Positions 25,983 to 43,430 are shown, numbered from the stretch's first letter. The stretch: DNA of 64,000 nucleotides from the human T2T-CHM13v2.0 reference genome, Homo sapiens (GCF_009914755.1 NC_060928.1); one strand, 5' to 3'. Numbers and translations are program-made. Notes: generated by a model from the letters alone, not told the origin.

Positions 25983-26997
25983 ATGGGGAAAAAACAGAGC
26001 AGAAAAACTGGAAACTCTAAAAAGCAGAGCACCTCTCCTCCTCCAAAGGAACGCAGCTCCTCACCAGCAATGGAAAAAAGCTGGACGGAGAATAACTTTG
26101 ACGAGTTGAGAGAAGAAGGCTTCAGACGATAAACTACTCCGAGCTAAAGGACGAAATTCAAACCAAAGGAAAAGAAGTTGAAAACTTTGAAAAAAATTTA
26201 GACGAATGTATAACTAGAATAACCAATACAGAGAAGTGCTTAAAGGAGCTGATGTCGCTGAAAGCCAAGGCTCGAGAACTACGTGAAGAATGCAGAAGCC
26301 TCAGGAGCTGATGCGATCAACTGGAAGAAAGGGTATCAGTGATGGAAGATGAAGTGAATGAAATGAAGTGAGAAGGGAAGTTTAGAGAAAAAAGAATAAA
26401 AAGAAACAAACAAACCTCCAAGAAATATGGGACTATGTGAAAAGACCAAATCTACGTCTGATTGGTGTACCTGAAAGTGACGGGGAGAATGGAACCAAGT
26501 TGGAAAACACTCTGCAGGATATTATCCAGGAGAACTTCCCCAATCTAGCAAGGCAGGCCAACATTCAAATTCAGGAAATACAGAGAACGCCACAAAGATA
26601 CTCCTCGAGAAGAGCAACTCCAAGACACATAATTGTCAGATTCACCGAAGTTGAAATGGAGGAAAAAATGTTAAGGGCAGCCAGAGAGAAAGCTCGGGTT
26701 ACCCAAAAAGGGAAGCACATCAGACTAACAGTGGATCTCTCAGCAGAAACTCTACAAACCAGAAGAGAGTGGGGGCCAATATTCAACATTCTTAAAGAAA
26801 AGAATTTTCAACCCAGAATTTCATATCCAGTCAAACTAAGCTTCATAAGTGAAGGAGAAATAAAATACTTTACAGACAAGCAAATGCTGAGAGATTTTGT
26901 CACCACCAGGCCTGCCCTAAAAGAGCTCCTGAAGGAAGCACTAAACATGGAAAGGAATAACCAGTAACAGCCACTGGAAAAACATGCCAAATTGTAA
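25983..26997 (+). pseudogene. L1 ORF1p (RNA-binding chaperone), disrupted
   Basis: ATGGGGAAAAAACAG start; KRPNLRLIGVPESDGE...ARQANIQIQEIQRTP...YPVKLS motifs; early frameshift, CGA>TGA stops near 26308 and 26369, premature TAA at 26965. Confidence 0.93.
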
Positions 26998-27042
26998 AGA
27001 AACTGCATCAAGTAACGAGCAAAATAACGAGCTAACATCATA

Positions 27043-30866
<3,824 letters not shown>

Positions 30867-31099
30867 ACAATGAGAACACATGGACACAGGAAGGGGAACA
30901 TCGCACTCTGGGGACTGTTGTGGGGTGGGGGGAGGGTGGAGGGATAGCTTTAAGAGATATACCTATTGCTAAATGATGAGTTAATGGGTGCAGCACACCA
31001 GTATGGCACATGTATACATATGTAACTAACCTGCACATTGTGCACATGTACCCCAAAACTTAAAGTATAATAATAAAAAAAGAAAAAAAAAGAAAAAGC

Positions 31100-33110
31100 A
31101 CACTATTAAAAAACATAGTAAAATGAGTGAAAAATATTTACCATGCTAACAATAATCTAAAGAAAGTTGTAGTGTCTATTTTAATATCTTGCAAAATTAA
31201 TTTTAGAACAAGAAATATTACAAGGGATATAATAAGGGTATTTTTGAACCTACGTTGCATGTAGGTTCAAAATACATGAAAAAGTAAAAAGTCCTCTCTG
31301 AATAGTTCATAGTATAAGCAGACCTAAAATTAGAAAAAAATTTAGTAGGCATGTATAACACTGTCAACCAATTTGACCTAATTATCACTTATAGACCATT
31401 CCTTCCAATATCAGCAGAATACACACCCAATTTTCAATGGCCCATAGAACACTTAGAAACCATGTTAGGTGATACAAGTTTCAATGAATTTAAAAGGATT
31501 CTCAGCATATAGAATATGTTCATTAACAACAATAAAATTAAAGCAGAAATCAATAATAAAACATATTTTTAAATTCCCAGATATTTGAAGATAAACACTA
31601 CAATTCCAAATAACCCATGGGTTAAAGAAGAAATCCCAAAAGATATTAGAAAATATTTTGAACCAAATTAAGATGAAATCACAGCACATTAAAATTTGAA
31701 GATTCAAGCTAAAACAATGTGTAGAAAAAAATTTATACTTTAAATGTTTATATTAGGAAATAATAAATACTTAAGATTAATGGTCCTTATAACTTCCACC
31801 TTAAGAAATTAGAAAAAGTAGTACAATTAACTCAGGAGGAGGAAGGAAATAATACTGGAAATCAATAAAATAGACAATAAAATAAAATAGAAAAAAATTA
31901 ATGAAACCAAAATCTGGTTCTCTGGAAAGCTTAATAAAATTAATAAGCTTCTAGTTATATTAATGAAAGTGAGAGAGAGAGAAGACACAAATTACCAATA
32001 TTAAGAATAAAAAGGGGATATTATTGCAGAACCCATAGAAATTGAAATTGCAACAAAGAATTATTAAAACAAGTATATGCCAAATAATTTTTAAGCTTAG
32101 ATTAAAAAATAACCATATTTACTGAAATAGACTAATTATAGAACTGACTTAAGAAGAAATAAAAAGCCTCTAGCTATTTAGACTATAATTAAAAATCTCC
32201 CCTCAAAGAGAACTAAAAGTTCAGGTGGCTTCACTGGTGAGCTATATTAAATATTTAATGAAGAAGTAATGCCAATATTTTACAAATTATCCTTTAAAGT
32301 AGAGGAGGAATGTACATGTCTCAACTCATTTTTATTAAAATTGGCACCAAAACCAAAGACATTACAAGAAAACTGCAGACTAATGTCCCTCATGAGATTA
32401 GATGCAGAAACATTGAAGAAAATATCAGCAAATCAAATTCAATAATAAGTAAAAAGACAATACATTGCATCAGAGAGCGGCTTATTTCAGAAATGCAAGG
32501 TTGGATGAGTGTATAATCAACCAATGCCATTCATCTCATTGGGAGTTTGAAGGGGAAATGCTTAATGTAGAACAAACATTGAAAAAACATAATACCCAGC
32601 CGGGCGGGGTGGCTCACGCCTGTAATCCCAGCACTTTGGGAGGCCGAGGCGGGTGGATCACGAGGTCAGGAGATTGGGACCGTCCTGGCTAACACGGTGA
32701 AACCACGTCTCTACTAAAAATACAAAAAAATGTAGTCCCAGGTACTCAAGAGGCTGAGGCGGAAGAATGGCGGGTGAACCCAGGAGGCGGAGCTTGCAGT
32801 GAGCCGAGATGGCACCACTGCACTCCAGCCTGGGCGACAGAGCAAGACTCCGTCTCTAAAAAAAAAAAAACCGTAATACCCATTCATAAAAACATTCTCA
32901 AAAAATAGCAATAGAAAGAAACTTCTAACCTAATAAAGTGCATCTATAAAATACCTACAATCAATAATATACTTAATGGTGAAAGACTAAATGCTTCTTT
33001 TTATTATCAAGAATAAGAAAGGATATCCGCTGCCAGTACTTCTATTCAACGTTGTACTGGAGGTTGTGAAAGCTAGTGCAACAAAGCAACAAAAAAGCAG
33101 TAAGAGACAT
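31100..33110 (+). mobile_element. Continuation of the old L1M ORF2 relic
   Basis: Degenerate endonuclease/RT DNA resumes directly after the L1PA TSD (CCATGCTAACAATAATC, GGTGGCTTCACTGGTGA, CTTCTATTCAACGTTGTACTGGAGG). Confidence 0.85.
32598..32870 (+). mobile_element. AluY with ~25 bp deletion at the start of the right monomer
   Basis: GATCACGAGGTCAGGAGAT..., GGCTAACACGGTG, GGAGCTTGCAGTG; the A-linker joins directly to TGTAGTCCC; TSD approximately AAAAA.C.TAATACCC. Confidence 0.93.
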
Positions 33111-33345
33111 ATAGAAATAAAGTTTGCTCCCAGTTTCCTTTCTTCAAAGAAATAATTCACATCAACTGCTTTCTTGTCTTTTTCAATTTTTTTTCTTCCA
33201 TGTTCCAACTCTTAAGCTAGGAACATTATTCTAGCTGTTGGTTTGTAAAAGAACAAACTCTCTTTCTGCCAGGAATCTATGTCTTCTGGTTAGCTTCAGG
33301 TTGGAACTGCTCTCCTCAAATCTACCAAAATCCAACATTAGGCTT

Positions 33346-33826
33346 CTGGTAAATTGCAAAATGACAACACATTATTTCCATTCCTGAAGATATATTCCTT
33401 TGCAAGGTTACTTTACAACTTGTCCATCATTGAAGAGGAGTAGTCTGTATATCCATCCCTTGAATCAGACATCATTACTTGCTTTGGACAATAGAAAGCA
33501 GCAGAAGTGATGAGTCAGTTCAAGCCTACGCCTCAAGAGACCTTATTTTCACTATTGTTTTTGGAAGCCTGCCATGCCACGAGAACAAGTCTGAGCTATC
33601 CTGCTGGATAGTAAGAGACCATTTAAATGAGAACCAAGATGCCCTAACTTACAGCCATTTCTTAGCTGATCTCAGACACTCAAGTAAGCTCTAGCAACTT
33701 GGTCTAGGTGAGAAGATTGTCAGCTGAGTCCAGCCCAAATTGATGACCTGAAATTAAAACAATGGCTGTTGTTTTAAGGCACTAAGTTTTGCATTTATTT
33801 GTGACACATCAAATGCTGTACTGATA
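33346..33826 (+). mobile_element. MLT1-type MaLR LTR (MLT1G/H-like)
   Basis: ATCCCTTGAATC, TGCTTTGGACAATAGAA, CAGCTGAGTCCAGCCCAAATTG, TTGTTTTAAGGCACTAAGTTTTG. Confidence 0.75.
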
Positions 33827-33995
33827 AAAGTACACAGTGGAATTTGCTCACAGGATTGCTTCTTTATTTTTTGGTCTCTAGTATCATCTCCCCAAAGTTG
33901 CATATGTTTTAATTCCCCTTCCCCCTCTCCTTGTTTGCAGGTGAAAATTCTCTCAAAACTTCAATTTTTCTTGCAACTTTTCCCTGCTAGATTAG

Positions 33996-33997
<2 letters not shown>

Positions 33998-34035
<38 letters not shown>
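33998..34035 (+). repeat. (GT)19 microsatellite
   Basis: Read directly from the sequence. Confidence 0.97.
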
Positions 34036-34036
<1 letters not shown>

Positions 34037-34091
34037 TGACGGAATTGAACTAAAAAAGGAAGACTTCTGTGAACCTAAAGAAGTAGTACTT

Positions 34092-34355
34092 GGCTGGGCA
34101 CGATCCGAGGCAGTCGGATCTCAAGGTCAAGAAATCGAGACCATCCTGGCCAACATGGTGAAACCCCGTCTCTACTAAAAATACAAAAATTAGCTGGGCA
34201 TGGTGGTGCACACCTGTAGTCCCAGCTACTCAGGAGTCTGAGGCAGGAGAATCGCTTGAACCTGGGAAGCAAGGTCGCAGTGAGCAGAGATTGCACCACT
34301 GCACTCTAGCCTGGCTACAGAGCAAGACTGTCTCAAAAAAAAAAAAAAAAAAAAA
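34092..34355 (+). mobile_element. AluSc-like with a 5' internal deletion removing the A box
   Basis: GGTCAAGAAATCGAGACCATCCTGGCCAAC; TSD AAGTAGTACTT at 34081-34091 and 34356-34366. Confidence 0.93.
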
Positions 34356-34667
34356 AAGTAGTACTTAAGTGGAAATAGAAACAGTTCTTTTTAGCTTTAT
34401 CTTCGGCTTGATTTACACATTTTACTTATTTTTGATACAGTGCCTTGTGGTTGGCAATCCATAAATAAGGGACATAAATGGTTAAATAATTGATATATTT
34501 TTCATTTTAATGTATATTTCTAAGGAAAGTAAAATAAAAAATCATTTTTATTTGAATAGTTTGTGTCACTCTGGATTAATTTATACTGGGCCTTACTTGG
34601 AATCCATGTCTCCTGCTAGAGGTTGAAAATCCCAGATATTCATGTTGAAACACCTAATCTGTGGTCC

Positions 34668-35800
34668 TTCATTTATTCATTCAGCAAATGTGTATTCATT
34701 ATCTACTATTTGGTAAGCCCTATACTAGACTGAGGAAACAAAGATGAAGAAGATAGTGTTCCTATTTGCAGCATCTCAAAACATTGTTTTTAATAAAATT
34801 ACTAGTGGGGTAAGTGACACCTTTGTTAGTAAAGCACTGAAACTTATAAATTATATTGTTTTAAAGATCTCTGTATTAGAAACTTACTCTTCTTTACTTG
34901 TACTTTTATATCTAGTTTTAAGTAGAAAAATAAGGGAGCAAACATTACAGTCCTTGGATCTAATTCTAGATGTACTCATGAAATGTCTCACATGTGATAT
35001 GCATCTATCATGTATTTTGCCACTGAAATAAAATCGAGAATTGTTGTGGGAAAGAAAGATGAATACGTAAATGAGTGAGTTAATAAGAGTGTTGTAGACA
35101 GGATAACAGAATATACGGTAGCATCTAGGTGAAAAGACCATAGAAAAGGCTTTATATAAAAGATCACTCTTGATATGGGAGGCAAGTGGATGTTTGCTAT
35201 TTGGACAAAATGCTGGGGAAGGAGAGGGTATGGTAGGCACAGGGAGCCTACCATTTTATTACCTAAGGAATAAAATGAAGATAATGAAGGAAAAGGGCTT
35301 GGCATGAACATTAGCATGAGATGGGACATGGAGCAGAGGAAATGAGGGGTGGCAGCAAAAAATAGGATGAGAGATTAGAAAAATTGGCTGAGGCCAAATC
35401 ATAGAGAACTTCTATGCCATGCCATGCTGGCTGAACATTCTCTGTAAATGACAGAGAAATTATTGAATCATTCTGAGAAGGTAAATCGTGAGAATTAGCT
35501 TTATATTTTAGAAAGATTTATCTGGAGATATTTTGGAGGATAAATGAAATCCTAGAGTTAAGGGAAGCCCAGTTAAAAAAACAAACAAACAAAAACCCCT
35601 CTTACTACAATAGTGTAGTAAAAGAATGCAAGGGCCTAAAGTGATCTCAGTGGCAGGGAAGGAGGGGAATATCTATAGATTCATTAGTACTTGGTCCTAT
35701 TGGAATGTGGCTGGTGACAGAAAAAGAACAGGCCCAGATGGTGCTCAGCTTTTGGATGTGGGGCATTCACTGAGTGAAGAGTGGTCTCATTAAGCACAAT
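34668..35800 (-). mobile_element. Fragmented L2
   Basis: TTCATTTATTCATTCAGCAAATG tail followed by purine-rich L2-type body segments. Confidence 0.55.
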
Positions 35801-37977
35801 AAGAAACAGGCCAGCAGGTTTCCAGTGAATTCAGAGGACTAAAGAGTTAGCTGACGGCTGTATTTGCTTATCATTGAAACAATGTAGAAGAGGTTTTCTG
35901 GGATATCCAAGGAGAATGTTTCACTGGTATCCTGCTTCCCCGGTGCTGTACACTGGCTAGGCAAGTGTTTCATATACACATATGTTAATGCTGAAGAATC
36001 CAGCTCAGGTAATAAACTAATGATCTTCTGATTCTTTCAGATGAAAAACTTTTGACATTATGCATCAAAAGAACATAGAGTGTACCTAAAATACTTGCAA
36101 AGGTCTCTTGCATTCTCATTATTCTGTGACTAATTACCCTGTTCTTTTAAGCAAGTTTCTGGAACTCACCTTTATATGAGAATGCTGAACTAGATGTTTT
36201 CTACATTTCCTGTCTTGCTGCTTTAAAAATAAAATATTTTCTGTGTTGAGCAGCTAAAAGAGACCTCATTATTGAATAAGTCCTAGACAGCAAATAGGTA
36301 TAACTATTTGAATAGAATGGGCAACCTATTTTTTCAAAAATATTATAGGAGGGTTTGTCAGTTGGAAGATTCTTCTTTATAGTTATCATGTCCATTCTTC
36401 AAGCATTTTGACACTAAGATATCTTTTGTTTTTAGAAACTATTATCTCCAGAGTGACAAATTTTAAATTTCCCAATAAAATAAACTGAGAGCAGAACTCA
36501 AATAACCAAGAGTACTATTTGACTGTTCATTTCTTACCTAAAATAAAAATAAAACACTTCTCCTTACCCACATCTAATTTGGGGGCTGCCAAAGGACTCA
36601 AAAAAACACCACTTTGCTTATCAAAAAACCCAGGGAAAAACCCTGAGGTTAATTTTGAACATTGAACAATGTTGTTCTTGACTTTTTAAAGTTTTCTTCA
36701 CAGAAGCAATGTGGGTTAAAGGGAAAGTAGTGTAACTGTGATTTATTTTTAAATGTTAATGCTCAAGGGGAATACTTTTGGCTTCGCTGGTTCTACTACC
36801 ATCAGGATATCATTTTCCTTTCCTTGTTCTTACAGTTGTATATATGAGAAAACCAGGACTTCATTTATGGTTATGCTTCTTCTCCCCACAGGACTTGCCA
36901 ATATTCTCCATTTAAATTTAAGGCATAAGTGAAATGGGCTGACTTTGGTTTAACTAAAAAGTCACATATTCATGACTATATAAGAAAAATGTTGTATTGA
37001 TTCTGATAGCCCACAGACTATTCAGTTTTGATTGATACTTTACTCAAATACACGGCATGTTTTAAATTCTCATTATGCATTTTTGTGAATGGGAAGTGAA
37101 GAGTTTGTGGCAGTATTAAGTGTAAGGAAAATCTGAATAGCTTTGAATTATCCTTGTTTGGTGTTTTTAGCCTTATTTGGGGTTATTTTCATGAAGATAA
37201 GTTAAGTCTGCTATGGAAATAAAACACAAAACACTGAATTTAGTGATGGGTTTGTAAATAACAAAATTCCAAGTCACTTTCATTCTCAAGTGATTGTCTC
37301 TCTAGAAGGTAGTTAGGGACCATATATCTGAAGGAGTTTGGCCTTCCAAATATGTTGGCAGTTCTTGGCCTCCACTCAGGTTCTGGCTGGTATGAAATTT
37401 GTTTTTCTTCGAAGGCTGCTCCAAGACTTCAGTAAAATGATTTGTATCTGGGTCTGTTTTGCTTCTCATGTGGTATCATACTCCCTTGCACAGACTTTGC
37501 CAGGAATAACCTCTTTTGGAAGGAAAGGAAAAAAGAGGGAGGGAAAGAGGGATAAGGGAGAAACAGCATATCAGACTGCCTTTATATTTCGGAATTTTGA
37601 TAAAGAAAGCAGAACTCACTGTGAAATTCACTGAAACATTCCATTGCCTAGATAATAATAATCAAATATTTTAGTAGAAGGTTGAAAAGATATAGCTTCA
37701 TGGTTATTAATAGAGGGGTATAATATTAGGCCACAATGTGATTTTCTGCATCAAAAGAAGAGTAGATTAGGCTACACTGATGGAAATACGGTGCCTGAAC
37801 CAGAGACTGTAGTCTCTCTGGATGCTGCTGCTTTGAAGGATTTCATTTAATCCAGCTACTACCATCTAAAGAGGATGGTGACATATTAAAATGCATCTAG
37901 AAACAACCATCCAGTAGCACTAGCTCAGAGGACATGATATTTCAGGAAGACTGAAAACACAGACTAAAGAAAAATTA

Positions 37978-38170
37978 TGTTGCATTTCTGAAAGTGTGCT
38001 GGGCTGATCACCTGAGTCAGGATAAGCTGAGGTGCTTTTTAAAATGCAGATTTTTGACTTCACCTGAGAATTCGAGAATCAGAAACTTGAGGGAGAGTTC
38101 TGGGGTGATGTGCTTCTTAAAGAAGTTTTCCAAATGAGGTTTATGCACATAAGTGTTTGAGAACCCCTGG
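37978..38170. mobile_element. MER5-family hAT MITE
   Basis: GGTGCTTTTTAAAATGCAGATT...GAATCAGAAACT...TATGCACA.AAGTGTTTGAGAACCCCTG. Confidence 0.75.
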
Positions 38171-38536
38171 AATGGATGAACCTGAGGGTAAGCTGCCAGG
38201 GATGGTTGGGCTATTATAAGGTAGATGAGAAGATAAGGCATAGGGTCCAAGGCATTGGTAAGGTAAGGCATTGGTCCAAGGATGGAATTCAGCTACAGGG
38301 AGACAGATTTCAATCTAATAAATCTAAAATCATGAGCACTTTTTCATCACACAGTTTTCTTCTTTAAACTGTCATTTCTTAGCAAAGTACATTTCACTTT
38401 ATGGGTGCTAAGGAAATGTATGTGGAGGGGATGAATGAATAACTCTAATTAGAGAACCATATATTCTGGTTTGATAGGGCAGTTCTTGATTTACACCTGT
38501 TAAGCCAGTGTCCTTTCTAGTTTAGCATTTGTCCTG

Positions 38537-38540
<4 letters not shown>

Positions 38541-38582
<42 letters not shown>

Positions 38583-38620
38583 CCCTCTTTCTCTCACTCA
38601 CTCTTGCTCTCTCTCTTTCT
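38541..38620 (+). repeat. (TC)19 microsatellite with degenerate extension
   Basis: Read directly from the sequence. Confidence 0.95.
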
Positions 38621-38935
38621 CGCTTTCATAAAGTATTATTGTAAGTATTCATAAAGTATTATAGTGGCATTAAAGTAAGAAAGGGTAGATTTGACCTACT
38701 TCTACTTTGTATTTCCAGCTTCCGCCATGGGTTTACTACTATTTGTGAGGTGAATGCAAGTGAACAAAGTTCCTACTTTTAACATGTGGTTAAATCTGAA
38801 AGGTGACCAACAGTGACTCTCTCTCTTTTTCCTATCATTCTAGTTGTAACATAATTAATACTTCCCTTTATAGAACACCATATGGAGAGCTCACTGATAT
38901 GATAAGTACCTTGGAACCCAAAGAGCTAAGGGTAG

Positions 38936-39358
38936 CGTTTAAGTCTGTTTGCACTGCTATAAAGGAATACCAGAGACTGGGTAATTTACAAAGAAAAGGA
39001 AATTAATTGGCTCATGGTTTGGCAGGCTGTACAGGAGGCATGGCCCCAGCATCTGCTTAGCTTCTGGGGAGGCCTCAGGGAGCTTTCCCTCATGGTGGAA
39101 GGCAAAGTGGGAGCAGGCAGATCACATAACAAGAGAGAGAAAAAGAGAGAGGTGGCGAGGCCTCGGACTCTTTTAAACAATGAGCCCTTACATGAACTCA
39201 CAGAACAAGAACTTACTCATTACCACAGGGAGGGCACCAAGCCATTCATGAGGGATCTGCCTCTATGACCCAAACACCTCCCACTAGGCCCACCTCCAAC
39301 ATTGGAGGTTACATTTCAACATGAGATTTGGATGGGACAAGACATCCAAACCATATCA
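38936..39358 (-). mobile_element. MSTB-like MaLR solo LTR
   Basis: GCTATAAAGGAATACCAGAGACTGGGTAATTT...GCCATTCATGAGGGATCTGCC...CCAAACCATATCA; GTAG(C) repeated on both flanks. Confidence 0.9.
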
Positions 39359-39880
39359 GTAGCTAACTCGATCCAGTCTCAAATGGTAGAGACAGCAGTG
39401 AATGCTGCTACTCCTGTTAGCAGCGTGGTATACCAACCTGCATGCCATGACCCATGCTATGGCCTACAAGGTACACCAAGCTGTCAAGCCACCAGTTAGC
39501 AAGACCAGAGGACAGTGTGTAAAATTACAAATTAAGTGTAAATAAGTATGTACAGGAAATAAAGGCCAACAGTTCTGCCAAAGAACCTAGAGCAAGTAAT
39601 TGGAAGGTCCTTGTTACAATTGTTTTGTCAGAACTTTGTACCATGTTAATCAACTATCTAGTTATTTACTGTTTGTTAATTCTATTTTGTTCTGTAATAA
39701 GCCCTTATAGCAGCAATATATTGAAAAAAATAAAACTGTGTATGTAGTGAACATTTAAGTTCTGAATTTCTGTTTCATAAAATATTTGTTGACATTTATC
39801 ATTCACATAGGGGCCATAGTGACATCACTGGCCATATGAAAACCAGAATACACAAATCTTCTGAAAAGCTTTAATGTCTA

Positions 39881-39960
39881 ATTAGGTTGAACTATATCAA
39901 ATTGCTGTTTTGTAGGTCCAAAGCAAAGAGTTTTAGTACTATCATATAATTTAATCTAAT
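39881..39960. mobile_element. MADE2-like mariner MITE (80 bp, degenerate palindrome)
   Basis: ATTAGGTTGAACTATATCAAATTGC...TCATATAATTTAATCTAAT. Confidence 0.7.
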
Positions 39961-40033
39961 GCTAGTTATTTTTAGATGATAATTGCTTTTGCTTTTGCTT
40001 TGCAATTACTATCTTAAAATAACTAGCATTAGG

Positions 40034-41044
40034 TTGACAAATGGGACCTAGTTAAACTAAAGAGCTTCTGCACAGCAAAAGAAACTATCATCAGATTGAA
40101 CAGACAAACTACAGAATGGGAGAAAATTTTTGCAATCTATCCATCTGACAAAGGGCTAATATCTAGAATCTACAAATAACTTATACAAATTTACAAGAAA
40201 AAACCCCATCAAAAAGCAGGCAAAGGACATGAACAGACCCTGCTCAAAAGAAGACATATGGCAAACAAACATATGAAAAAAAAGCTCATCATCACTGGTC
40301 ATTAGAGAAATGCAAATCAAAACCACAATGAGATGCCATCTCATGCCAGTTAGAGTGGCAATCATTAAAAAAGTCAGGAAAAAATAGATGCTGGAGAGGA
40401 TGTGGAGAAATAGGAACACTTTTACACTGTTGGTGGGAATGTAAATCAGTTCAACCATTGTGGAAGACAGTGTGGTGATTCCTCAAGGATCTAGAACCAG
40501 AAATGCCATTTGACCCAGCAATCCCATTACTGGGTATATACCCAAAGGATTATAAATCATTCTACTATAAAGACACATACACATGTATGTTTACTGCAGC
40601 ACTGTTCACAATAGTAAAGACTTGGAACCAACCCAAATGCCCATCAATGATAGACTGAATAAACAAAATGTGGCACATATACACCATGGGATTCTATGCA
40701 GCCATAAAAAAGGATGAGTTCATGTCCTTTGCAGGGACATGGATGAAGCTGGAAACCATCATTCTCAGCAAACTAACACAGGAACAGAAAACCAAACACC
40801 TCATGTTCTCATTCATAGGTGGGACTTGAACAATGAGAACACATGGACACAGGGAGGGGCACATCACACACAGGGGCTTGTTGGGAGGTGGGGGCCTAGG
40901 GGAGAGATAACATTAGGAGAAATATCTAATGTAGATAACAGGTTGATGGGTGCAGCAAACCACCATGACACGTGTATACCTACGTAACAAACCTGCACGT
41001 TCTGCACATGTATCTCAGAACTTAAAGTGTAATAATAAAAAAAA
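40034..41044 (+). mobile_element. 5'-truncated LINE-1 (L1PA7/8-like), ORF2 C-terminus plus 3' UTR
   Basis: Colinear with 30061-31080 of the full-length L1; 3' UTR GGTTGATGGGTGCAGCAAACCACCATG, CTGCACGTTCTGCAC. Confidence 0.93.
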
Positions 41045-42270
41045 CCTGAACTCATAAAAAAGATGATAATTTAACATCAACAATGGCAGAAGATGCATTT
41101 GTAAATCATTCTTTGAAGGCAGACTTTTCACTTAATCAAATGACTGTTTTTATAAACTAATTTAATTTACTCTTCATTCTAAGATTATTTTTATGCATTA
41201 CTAAAAGTTAGTATTGATTTCATTCACAGAACTTTGCAAACATTAAAATGATGTTAATTTTATATTTGTAAATATTAGATGCTTCATCTAGAAAATAAGT
41301 TAAATGAATTACAATGAGAAGTATCCAATTCACAAATGGTAAATGCAATGTTAATGTGAATATACATTTTGGAGAAGGAGATTATTGTAGTAAAAACAAT
41401 ATTCTTTGCAAATTAAGAAACCTGTGAAGCAGCAACTGGTTATATCATAAGAATAATTCATAATTGCATCCAAACAAACTGGGATATTCTACAATAGAGG
41501 GAGCATCTCTAGTTGCTAAAATTTACAAATACTTTTATATATTCATAGGGTAGTAATACTACAAACATGTTGTGATTAAGCCTATGTTGAATAAAAAATT
41601 AGTTTAATATGGTAACATGCACTTTTTTCCTTGCTGTCCATCATCAATCTACCATTAGAATTGTTGAGCCACTAAAGTACTACTTATAAAATTACCTAAA
41701 TATTCTTAATGTCAGGGAACTTTTTCTGTAAGTAAGCTTTCTAAATTTTGATCACAATTTTCTTAATTAAAATCTTTAATCAAAGAATTCAAAAAATAAA
41801 TTTTTAAAAAAATTTCAAAATATTCAAGAAAATTATAATAGTTGAAAACAAAATTCACAAACCAAAGACACTGAAATTTATTTCTACAAAACTAAGAAGG
41901 TAACTGAACAAATTGAACCATGAGAGCTCAAAATCTCTGCAGGATTTTATTTTGAAGTTTTACAATTGCACTTTGAAATATCTTGAATTGTGAGAAGACT
42001 GATCTGATCAAGTTCCTACTTTTAGTTGGATAAATTTATATTTTAAGTTAGAATGGAATGAAATTGAGAAGGCCTACAAGTTTACAGCATTGAAATTAGG
42101 TGGAATATTTAAAATAATTATTAATAGAACTTGCATATATTAAAGAAAAATACTCTAAATGGAGGCAAAAACATGGCACCTGTGAAAATATTTATAAGTT
42201 TTAATGCAGAAAAATATAGAATTGAGAATTTTCTTTAGTGGAATTTGCTTTAAGCTTACTGAGCACCTCA

Positions 42271-42332
42271 GCATGTGTGTGTGCGTGTGCATGCATGCAC
42301 GCACGCATGCCTGTGTGTGTGTGTGCATATGT
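42271..42332. repeat. Alternating purine-pyrimidine tract (TG/CA/CG) with central palindrome GTGCATGCATGCAC
   Basis: Read directly from the sequence. Confidence 0.85.
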
Positions 42333-43067
42333 ATATTTCTTAATGATAAATATCTTAATACATAGAGAAAGGTCAATTTATTATATCAACAATTTAAAAT
42401 GTATTCACCATAAAATAAGCTTTGCAGAACAATGAAGGCCATTTTATGAAAAAATGTAAAATATTAAAACAGTATTGAAAATAATACATTCTTCAGAAAA
42501 ATGCCAGTGACACATTTTTAGGTATACAGCTAAGAAACTAATACAGGAATCTGTACAAAGAATTATATAGATATGTAATTTTTAAATGTTCAGATAATTA
42601 TTATAATGAAGCCTTTTTAAATGTTGCTTTAATTTGCAGGGACCTTGTTTATGTTTTTTTAAAAATATTTTTCCAAATAGTTTTTGAATATAACTATTTT
42701 TTGGGTCCACCAATTTACTAAGACTGATTTGTCAGTCAGTAAACCCTGCAACAATTATATAATTTAATGAGTTTCAGTACTTCCATTCTTTTGCTCTCAA
42801 ATGTATCCCAGTTTTGATGAAGAATTGCATAGTCATCTTACCTTTAATGGTTAGTGAGAGCTGGATTAGACTGTCACAGAAAATAGTGAGCTTCCTATCC
42901 CAAGACATTTTGAAGAACAGGGTAAGCTGAGCCCAACTAACAGATGCTATAGATGGCATGTCCGAATCAAGAACGAGGCTGGAACAGATCACTGGGACTC
43001 AGCCTTTCACTTCTTGTCTGCACAATCACTTTTTCAAAGATATTTGTGCAGAGGAGAGAAGCAACGC

Positions 43068-43186
43068 TTTATTTTTTATTAATAAAGTTTTATTAATTTT
43101 ATTATTTTTATTATTAGTTTTATTAATTTTAATATTAATTTTATTAATATTAGTTTTACTAATATTAGTTTTATTAATTTTTATTC
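43068..43186. repeat. AT-rich degenerate tandem repeat (~15 bp unit ATTAGTTTTATTAAT)
   Basis: Read directly from the sequence. Confidence 0.85.
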
Positions 43187-43197
43187 ATCAACTAAGT

Positions 43198-43430
43198 AAA
43201 AGGAAGAAAAGAAGAAGAGAGAGAAGGAAGGGAAGGGAAGGAAGAAGGGAGGAAGGAAGGGAGGAAGGAAGGCAGGAAGGAAAGAGAAGGGAAGAAAGAA
43301 GGAAGAAAGGAGAAGGGAAGAAGGAAGGAAGGAAGGATGGAAGGAAGGAAGGAAAAAAGAAGGGAAAGAGAAGGGCGATAGGAAGGGATGATGGGAAGAA
43401 GGGAATAATAAGTGAGGGGGGAAAAACAAG
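43198..43430 (+). repeat. Purine-rich (GGAA/GGGA)n low-complexity tract
   Basis: Read directly from the sequence. Confidence 0.92.

Noticed and set aside
33905-33945. Isolated strong acceptors (33940; also 36040, 36835 and 42639)
   Set aside because: No matching donor or open coding frame was found; such sites are frequent by chance in AT-rich DNA.
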